The position numbers were made by a program, and so were the translations under genes. From NCBI RefSeq assembly GCF_000195975.1, contig NC_005070.1:2370001-2402000 (forward strand): 32,000 nucleotides of DNA, read 5' to 3'. The notes beneath the pieces are model-generated. The model saw nothing but the letters and a program-made list of their open reading frames with translations, ran no database searches and was not told the origin of the DNA. Of the stretch, positions 18,113 through 24,244 are shown piece after piece (the stretch's first letter is position 1; each line of letters opens with the position of its first letter). Source of the DNA: Parasynechococcus marenigrum WH 8102 (lineage in GTDB: Bacteria > Cyanobacteriota > Cyanobacteriia > PCC-6307 > Cyanobiaceae).

Positions 18113-18979
18113 CTAAGAAGACTCTTCAACTGCTCTTGTTTCGCGAAGGAGATGATCCTCAAGTTGGAGTTTGATATCAATGAAGAGAGAATCTTTTTCT
18201 ATAATATTACGGATTCTGGGCCTTGGCAAAGGGACATCTATAATATCTGCAATATTTGCAGATGGTCCACTTGACATAAGTACAATTTTGTCAGACATTA
18301 ACAATGCTTCTTCAATACTATGTGTAATTAAAAGAGCTGTGACTCTATTTTTCTCCCATATTTTTAACACTTCTTCTTGCAAATAGGACCTTGTAAGGGC
18401 ATCAAGGGCTCCAAAAGGCTCGTCCATAAGTAACATAGACGGATTAATAGACAAAGCTCGTGCAATAGCAACTCTCTGCTTCATACCACCTGAAATTTGC
18501 TTTGGAAACTTGTTCATTGAGCGTTCTAACCCAACCATATTCAAAAAGTATCTGGCTTTTTCACGCCTCTGTGAGGTACTTAGTTCTGGACAGGCCGTCT
18601 CTAAGGCATATTCGATGTTGCCTGCGGCGGTAAGCCAGGGCATCAGTGCGTAGTTCTGAAAAATTATGCCTCTGTCTGGACCAGGGCCAACCAGTGGCTT
18701 GCCTTCGATGAAAATTTCACCAGACGTGAAATCATCTAATCCTGCTAAAAGATTCAAAAGCGTTGATTTACCACAACCCGAAGGGCCAATCAAAGAGACA
18801 AAAGTGTTCTTTTTAATATCGAGATTCACACCTTCAAGAGCAACATAGTTCTCAGTTTTTTTGTTAAAAAGAGAAGGTCGAGAAATTGGGAAAACTTTGC
18901 TTAGATTTACAATTTCAACATGAGATTCATGTTCCTTGTAAGAAATGGAATCAACTGAACTGGGAACAGATTTAGTCAT
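18113..18979 (-). CDS. cynD: Cyanate/nitrate/bicarbonate-family ABC transporter ATPase (CynD-like)
   Basis: Walker A GPSGCGKST, signature ISGGMKQRV and Walker B LLLMDEP are present. It overlaps the permease gene by 4 nt. The substrate is assigned from the cynS context and from the known cynABDS clusters of marine picocyanobacteria. Confidence 0.75.
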   Translation of the reverse strand: MTKSVPSSVDSISYKEHESHVEIVNLSKVFPISRPSLFNKKTENYVALEGVNLDIKKNTFVSLIGPSGCGKSTLLNLLAGLDDFTSGEIFIEGKPLVGPGPDRGIIFQNYALMPWLTAAGNIEYALETACPELSTSQRREKARYFLNMVGLERSMNKFPKQISGGMKQRVAIARALSINPSMLLMDEPFGALDALTRSYLQEEVLKIWEKNRVTALLITHSIEEALLMSDKIVLMSSGPSANIADIIDVPLPRPRIRNIIEKDSLFIDIKLQLEDHLLRETRAVEESS

Positions 18980-19755
18980 GAATCGTAATTGAATCGAAGT
19001 TGCAAAATCTCAAAGATTTGATCCAGTACATAACCAGTTATTCCTATGATTATAATTGCTACAAATATGTTAGCTACATATAAATTGTTCCATTCATTCC
19101 ATATAAAATATCCGATACCCGTGCCTAGAAGCATTTCAGCAGCAACTATTACAAGCCATGCTGTACCCATTGAAATTCTCATCCCAGCTAAAATATTTGG
19201 CATTACTGCAGGTAAGATGACTTTGGTAATGGTATTTGTTTTGGAAGCACCTAATGACTTTGCAACTTTTAAGACATCAGAATCTACGGATTGAACACCA
19301 ATTGCGGTATTAATTAAAGTCGGCCAGATGCTTGTAATAAAAATGACAAAAATACCGGTAACTTCTGAATTTCTAAATACGAATAAGCCAATGGGCAGCC
19401 AGGCAAGCGGTGAGACCGGTTTCAGTAGTTGTACATAAGGATCAACAGAAGACTTAACGGTTTTGGAAACACCAACAAAGAGACCGACTGGAATTGCAAC
19501 AACCATTGCAAGTGTGTAACCAATTAGAACTCTTCTTAAGCTTATAAGTAAATTGAAACCAATCCCTAAATCGTTAGGACCGTTATCAAAAAATGGATCT
19601 GATATCCACCATAATAATTCCTGAAAGGTCTTTAAAGCCCCTGGAAAATTAGGAATTAAATTGGTACTGGCTATAATTTCCCAGACAACGCAAAAAGAGA
19701 GGAGGCTAGATCCTGAGATCAGTAACGATCTCAGGATTGTTGACTTTGTAGACAT
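18976..19755 (-). CDS. cynB: NrtB/CynB-family ABC transporter permease
   Basis: 259-aa membrane protein with the binding-protein-dependent permease pattern (VAKSLGASKTNTITKVILPAVMPNILAGMRISMGTAW, an EAA-like loop). It lies between cynA and cynD. Confidence 0.8.
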   Translation of the reverse strand: MSTKSTILRSLLISGSSLLSFCVVWEIIASTNLIPNFPGALKTFQELLWWISDPFFDNGPNDLGIGFNLLISLRRVLIGYTLAMVVAIPVGLFVGVSKTVKSSVDPYVQLLKPVSPLAWLPIGLFVFRNSEVTGIFVIFITSIWPTLINTAIGVQSVDSDVLKVAKSLGASKTNTITKVILPAVMPNILAGMRISMGTAWLVIVAAEMLLGTGIGYFIWNEWNNLYVANIFVAIIIIGITGYVLDQIFEILQLRFNYDS

Positions 19756-19760
19756 ACAGT

Positions 19761-21440
19761 CTATACACCGTCTCTATCAATTTGTTTGCTGACATAGCCC
19801 AACGGATCAGTAGGGTCAAAGCTGTCGTATGCAAGCTTCTCAGTCTTGAACGAACGGGAGGGAGGATTGAAACCCAGCTCCCTCTCCAAAGATTGAGCTT
19901 CATTTGTTAGGAATATTGCAGCACTATTAGCATTAAAGTCACCAGCTTTAATTGCGTCAGCAGCTCCTCCAAGGTCCCATCGTACAAGTTGAGACTGAAT
20001 CCAATGTGAAAAGCTCTGCCAAGGATAAGGTTTAAAATCTATTCTGTCAGGAACATTTTTCTTATTGCCCAAGCCGTCATCGAACTTGCCTGTCAAAACA
20101 GCTTCAACGACTTTAGTCGGTTGGTTTAGGAAGGCGCGGCCAGAAATGTATTTCGCAATTTCAGATCTGTTAGTAGGATTTGTTGCATAATTCGCAGCTT
20201 CAATAATAGATTTATTGATGGCTTTAAAAGTATTTGGATGCTTGTTAATCCAGGGTTCACCCGCAGCAAAAGCGCAGCATGGATGACCAACCCAGAGATC
20301 CTTAGTTAGAAGGTGAATAAAACCAACACCTTCAAACACAGCTCTTTGATTAAATGGATCAGGCATCAAATATGCATCGATATCACCTGCAACCATCTGG
20401 GCAACACTATCCGGTGGTGGTACAGGGCGAATTTGTACATCCTTATCAGGATCAACTCCACCCTTAGCGAGGTAATATCTAAGTAGTAAATTATGCATCG
20501 AGTATGGGAATGGTACTCCGAATACAAAGCCTTTCATATCTGCGGCAGATTTAACTTTATCCTTGTGGCGATTAGCTACAGTTATTGCTTGTCCGTTGAT
20601 ATTTTCAATACTGGCTAATTTGACGCTGAATGGAGAAGTTCCCAATCCCAAAGTCATAGAAATAGGCATTGGAGCGAGCATGTGATAAGCATCAAGCTCA
20701 CCTGCAATGGCCGAATCGCGAACAGCTCCCCAACTTGGCATTTTCACAACCTTACATTTCAAACCATTAGATTTATAGAAACCCATAGGTTCTGACATGA
20801 TTATCGGTGTTGCACATGTAATTGGAATGAATCCAATCTTCAAGTTAGTTTTCTCTAATTTACCGCCGGCATGACCTGCTGCATGAGCATCTTGAGTATC
20901 TAAGCCTGCGCTATTGGCAATTGTTATCATGGCCGCACCAGCAGCCAATCCTTTGAGAAATGACCTTCTTCCAAAAGGGGAACTAGAGTGAATAGAGGCA
21001 AAGAATTCACCTGCTTGAGGACCAAAAGCTGCTGCCATTGCTTGGTCTAATCCACCGGCTTCTTCAGCTAGTGCCCGTAGAAGCTTTTCCTTGGCAGGAT
21101 CACCTTGAGAAGCGTTCTTATAAAAAAGAATCTCTCTAAGCTCCGCTGATGAAACAGCCTCAGCGACTTCTACAGCATCGGCTTTAATCAAACCCATTTT
21201 ATAAAAATCATCCATCAAATCCTCAGGATCTGAAGGCATATCTTCGGTAAAATCTTGATGATCTGGACTAAATGGCCGGCATTCTACACAGAAGCAAAAC
21301 AAACCATGACCGGTTTGTGGTTGAAAGGAAGGAGAACTTGATGTAGCTTCTGTAGTGCTATTACATTGAAGCTGTGACTTAAGAATCTCAGCGGCAGTCT
21401 GAGTTGTTGTGGATGCATGCGAGGTGAAAAGATTCGCCAC
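19761..21440 (-). CDS. cynA: NrtA/CmpA/CynA-family periplasmic substrate-binding protein with long N-terminal extension (GTG start in track)
   Basis: Residues from about 190 to 559 read as an NrtA-like binding protein (KIGFIPITCATPII, AYLMPDPFN, GHPCCAFA). A perfect Tat motif, GRRSFLKGLAAGAAM, sits at residues 157-170 rather than at the N-terminus. The frame stays open for the 134 AT-rich codons between the GTG and Met135 (21036-21038). Confidence 0.8.
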   Translation of the reverse strand: MANLFTSHASTTTQTAAEILKSQLQCNSTTEATSSSPSFQPQTGHGLFCFCVECRPFSPDHQDFTEDMPSDPEDLMDDFYKMGLIKADAVEVAEAVSSAELREILFYKNASQGDPAKEKLLRALAEEAGGLDQAMAAAFGPQAGEFFASIHSSSPFGRRSFLKGLAAGAAMITIANSAGLDTQDAHAAGHAGGKLEKTNLKIGFIPITCATPIIMSEPMGFYKSNGLKCKVVKMPSWGAVRDSAIAGELDAYHMLAPMPISMTLGLGTSPFSVKLASIENINGQAITVANRHKDKVKSAADMKGFVFGVPFPYSMHNLLLRYYLAKGGVDPDKDVQIRPVPPPDSVAQMVAGDIDAYLMPDPFNQRAVFEGVGFIHLLTKDLWVGHPCCAFAAGEPWINKHPNTFKAINKSIIEAANYATNPTNRSEIAKYISGRAFLNQPTKVVEAVLTGKFDDGLGNKKNVPDRIDFKPYPWQSFSHWIQSQLVRWDLGGAADAIKAGDFNANSAAIFLTNEAQSLERELGFNPPSRSFKTEKLAYDSFDPTDPLGYVSKQIDRDGV

Positions 21441-21462
21441 AAATCGGGTTCATACTTCTTTA

Positions 21463-21505
21463 TTTATAGTTGGAAAGCGAACGCGGATGTTGTATCAGGT
21501 GATAC
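21463..21505 (-). promoter_or_regulatory. NtcA-activated (class II type) promoter of cynA: GTA-N8-TAC box plus -10 element
   Basis: TGTATCAGGTGATACT is at 21491-21506, with GTA at 21492-21494 and TAC at 21503-21505. On the minus strand, TATAAA (21468-21463) begins 24 nt after the box. The cynA GTG at 21440 lies about 20 nt further on. Confidence 0.6.
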
Positions 21506-21694
21506 TCATAGCAAAACTTGTCGGAATTGTCTCACTTGCTACATTAATCGGCTGTTCAATTTATTAGAGAGAAAGGTAGTTCTCCAGATAAAATTTGTTG
21601 GATGTCCTAAACAGTATGCGCTTAAACTGAAAATTATACTTATTGCAACAATGAGTGAATCTTTATTATTAGGAATTTATTATATTTGAGAGAA

Positions 21695-21711
21695 GATCTG
21701 CTGCGCAGATC
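21695..21711 (-). terminator. Short hairpin downstream of tatA (candidate terminator)
   Basis: GATCTGC-tgc-GCAGATC is a 7-bp stem lying 13 nt after the tatA stop on the minus strand. It is followed there by TTCTCTC, which is only partly U-rich. Confidence 0.3.
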
Positions 21712-21724
21712 AATCGCCTTAAGA

Positions 21725-21928
21725 TTAAAGGGTATCTTCTTTAGGATCTTTGTCCTCCAAGACAACTACATCAATTTCTCTCTTAAATTCATCAGAGGCG
21801 GATCTAAAACCGCCCAAATATTTAGCCAAATATTTTCCTACTTTGGGCAATTTATTAGGCCCTAAGACTAATAAAAAAATAAGGCATATAATTAGTATCT
21901 CAGGAAAACCTAATCCAAAAAAGCTCAT
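21725..21928 (-). CDS. tatA: Twin-arginine translocase subunit TatA/E
   Basis: The 67-aa product MSFFGLGFPEILIICLIFLLVLGPNKLPKVGKYLAKYLGGFRSASDEF fits the TatA pattern (G..E, TM helix, GP.KLP..G, amphipathic F+ region). Confidence 0.75.
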   Translation of the reverse strand: MSFFGLGFPEILIICLIFLLVLGPNKLPKVGKYLAKYLGGFRSASDEFKREIDVVVLEDKDPKEDTL

Positions 21929-21948
21929 TTGTGATTGACCGCTAATTT

Positions 21949-21976
21949 ATTATAGCTGTGACGGTAAGTTCATCAA
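21949..21976 (-). promoter_or_regulatory. Candidate sigma70-type promoter for tatA (TTGATG-N16-TATAAT)
   Basis: On the minus strand TATAAT lies at 21954-21949 and TTGATG at 21976-21971, with a 16-nt spacer. The -10 element ends 20 nt before the tatA ATG. AT-rich context makes chance matches likely. Confidence 0.3.
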
Positions 21977-22073
21977 GTTGATTTTAGACATATTTAAGAT
22001 TACCAATTTTGCTTTTGTAAAATTACTATCGAACGGTATACGTGCATAATGTAAATTCATGCAGCAGGCAATA

Positions 22074-22102
22074 TAATTGATTGATTTGCAAGCAATCAAT
22101 TA
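22074..22102. repeat. Perfect 10-bp inverted repeat with 9-nt spacer (TAATTGATTG-atttgcaag-CAATCAATTA), function unknown
   Basis: Read directly from lines 22021 and 22081. It lies in the AT-rich non-coding stretch between tatA and the HEAT-repeat gene. No flanking T-run, so it is not a typical terminator. Confidence 0.9.
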
Positions 22103-22601
22103 GCTGGCACATTCTCCTAATATTCGGCTTCAAAAGTATATGCTCGTTTGTTGTATTCTCTTAATTCATTGCTTATTTAACCACTCAGACTTCTAAAATA
22201 GTATAAGGATATATAACTTTATCTCAAATGACTTATTACAATCAAAAAAGAGTCGGGTTCTGATTGGTGCAGACGTAAACGTAAAATACCGACGGGTTGA
22301 TACAAAATCGTAATTGTTAACCGACAACGAATTCTTAGTAGAACTGGATACAATTTAAATACAATAATTGAAGTTTAGATAAATTCGGCATACATCATGT
22401 GTCAAGAGCGAGTCGTAATCATTTACCTAGGTAACCATAAATGAAAAATCATACGCTCAGACTCAGCAAACCTAAAATAGGGAAAATGATATGTGATATA
22501 TTTAATCGGTACCAAGACTATATAGTAGACTTGTTGTGTTCGTTTCTACACAATGAAGAATTACATCTTGCACCAAAAAAAACTACTAGCGCTAAACAAC
22601 C

Positions 22602-23327
22602 ATGAAGGATAACGAATCAGATCTGTGGGAAAGACTCGGAAATTCACGTAAGGTTCCATTGGATCCTCGTTGGTTAGAAAATGTTTATTCGCCCAACCTT
22701 GCTACTGATCTGCGGCTAGCTCTCTGTGAAAAAATGGGTATGCTTGCAGATCATGGCTGGCCGATTATTGAACATCTACTGCAACGCTATGGCGACATGC
22801 CTGAATTGGTGATGGCCGCAGGACTCTGCCATCAAATTGAGGCCCGTGAATGGTTACTGGAACTGCTCAAGCGCAGCAATGATAATGAAAAACTTCGACT
22901 AACTGCAGTTCAATCGCTTAGTTGTTGGGGTGCTGAAGTTCCCGAAGCAATCGTCACTCATTGCTTACATCATCCTGGTCAAAGTTATCGACTCGCTGGA
23001 CTTCAATTGCTGGAATTTCGCTCACATCTTCTAACAGATCACCAACTCTTGGATTACTGTAATGAAGCACTCAACGATTTTCGGGATTCAGTTGTTATTG
23101 AAGCAGTCCGTATAATTCAGCGTCGTGACAGTAAAGAAATCTGCAAACGATTATTTTGTTTGTGTCAAGAAGACTCTGACGAAGTCGCATTTACCGCACT
23201 CAGAGCTCTTAGCTGTATAGCATCCGAAAACAGCAAGAGATATTTACTGAAACTTAGTAAAACCCTAAAAAGTGAATCAAGACGGTCATTTGCCCAAAAA
23301 AAACTTAACGAACAGTTTAGAACCTAA
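22602..23327 (+). CDS. HEAT-like (PBS-lyase/NblB-type) repeat protein, function unknown
   Basis: 241 aa with recurring helical-repeat signatures (RLTAVQSLSCWG, YRLAGLQLLEF, VVIEAVRIIQRRD, VAFTALRALSCIA). It is on the opposite strand to the surrounding cyn genes. G+C is somewhat higher than the rest of the island (lines 22801 at 53%, 23101 at 37%). Confidence 0.55.
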   Translation: MKDNESDLWERLGNSRKVPLDPRWLENVYSPNLATDLRLALCEKMGMLADHGWPIIEHLLQRYGDMPELVMAAGLCHQIEAREWLLELLKRSNDNEKLRLTAVQSLSCWGAEVPEAIVTHCLHHPGQSYRLAGLQLLEFRSHLLTDHQLLDYCNEALNDFRDSVVIEAVRIIQRRDSKEICKRLFCLCQEDSDEVAFTALRALSCIASENSKRYLLKLSKTLKSESRRSFAQKKLNEQFRT

Positions 23328-23349
23328 AGCCCAATAAGAATTGGGCTTT
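23326..23349. terminator. Hairpin between convergent genes (candidate bidirectional terminator)
   Basis: AAAGCCCAA-taagaa-TTGGGCTTT is a 9-bp stem that starts inside the HEAT-gene stop codon and lies 23 nt from the cynS stop. The A/T runs in the stem arms give U-tracts on both strands. Confidence 0.5.
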
Positions 23350-23372
23350 AGATAAGTCCAAAGCCTTAGATT

Positions 23373-23807
23373 TCACCATTTCTTATAGGGTAAAAACTTA
23401 CCACACATTACAATTTTGACACGATCACCTTTAGGGTCCTCAACTTTATCGACATCAATAGTGAAATCAATGGCACTCATAATTCCATCTCCGAAATGCT
23501 CCTGAATTACATCTTTCAGAGGCATACCATACACCTGCATGATCTCGTAAAAACGATAAATCAAAGGATCAGTGGGAATCACTGGCTCAAGGCTTCCCTT
23601 GGTTGGATATTCCTGCAGTGCCGCTGTTGTTTCTGCATCAAGGGATAACAAACCAGCAAGTTTCTCGGCCTCCTCCTTCGAGGCCGTCGCTTGGCCATAG
23701 AACAAAGATGCAACCCAAACCTCATCGAGACCAATGGCCGCCTCGAGATCAGCAAAACTCATACCTTTGGCCTTTTTGGCGGCCATCAACGTGGCTGTTA
23801 AAGACAT
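23373..23807 (-). CDS. cynS: Cyanase (cyanate hydratase) CynS
   Basis: [40 protein letters not shown]...[12 protein letters not shown]...[34 protein letters not shown] has the typical cyanase N- and C-terminal domains. The ATG at 23805-23807 was verified. The track start at 23837 is a TTG and less likely. Confidence 0.9.
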   Translation of the reverse strand: MSLTATLMAAKKAKGMSFADLEAAIGLDEVWVASLFYGQATASKEEAEKLAGLLSLDAETTAALQEYPTKGSLEPVIPTDPLIYRFYEIMQVYGMPLKDVIQEHFGDGIMSAIDFTIDVDKVEDPKGDRVKIVMCGKFLPYKKW

Positions 23808-24244
23808 AACGGTCAAGCGAACAATAAACTGCCTCAAAGCAGCATTCCAAATCGGAACGTCTCAGAAGCATCGTAAGTGTCACCCAGCAGATGCACTCAA
23901 AATGCAGCAACGGCGACCAAATCAATTCATCGTTTTGATGCATCGCATACAACAGACACGTTCCTGTGACGCTGCAATAAAAAAATATAACTACAATCAA
24001 ATGAGTCAGCTCTTTCGGGACATCTCGTCGTTGTTGTTCAGCCAACAATTGCAAGCAAAACCGGCCATCAACCTCGTCCTCGAGCGTCTGTACTACGCCG
24101 ATGGTCGTCACAACCCCGACCATCCCCGGCACGGCAGCTTCGACGGACTGAACGTCCTGCCGCAACACTAGGACGATTGGTATCAACCACTACTTTCATG
24201 GGGTCCGGCACTCCTGAACACTTCGTTCAGCTGAGGGGACATCT

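Larger units (their letters stand above)
9215..24000. other. Low-GC compositional island (edges fuzzy by about 200 bp) inside a high-GC nitrogen-assimilation region
   Basis: Hand counts of single 60-nt lines inside the block: 38% (10021), 28% (11701), 30% (12601), 42% (14101), 38% (16501), 37% (19201), 47% (20101), 53% (22801), 37% (23101), 38% (23461). Flank lines: 63% (4201), 62% (8401), 62% (26401), 55% (28001). Codon third positions switch from G/C-rich to A/T-rich. No mobility genes are present. Confidence 0.8.

Noticed and set aside
23734-24186. Two mutually antisense 145-codon ORFs upstream of cynS
   Set aside because: They span the AT-rich cynS promoter region and show no motifs. Only the last 56 codons of the plus-strand frame show host-like codon bias, and those are reported separately at low confidence.
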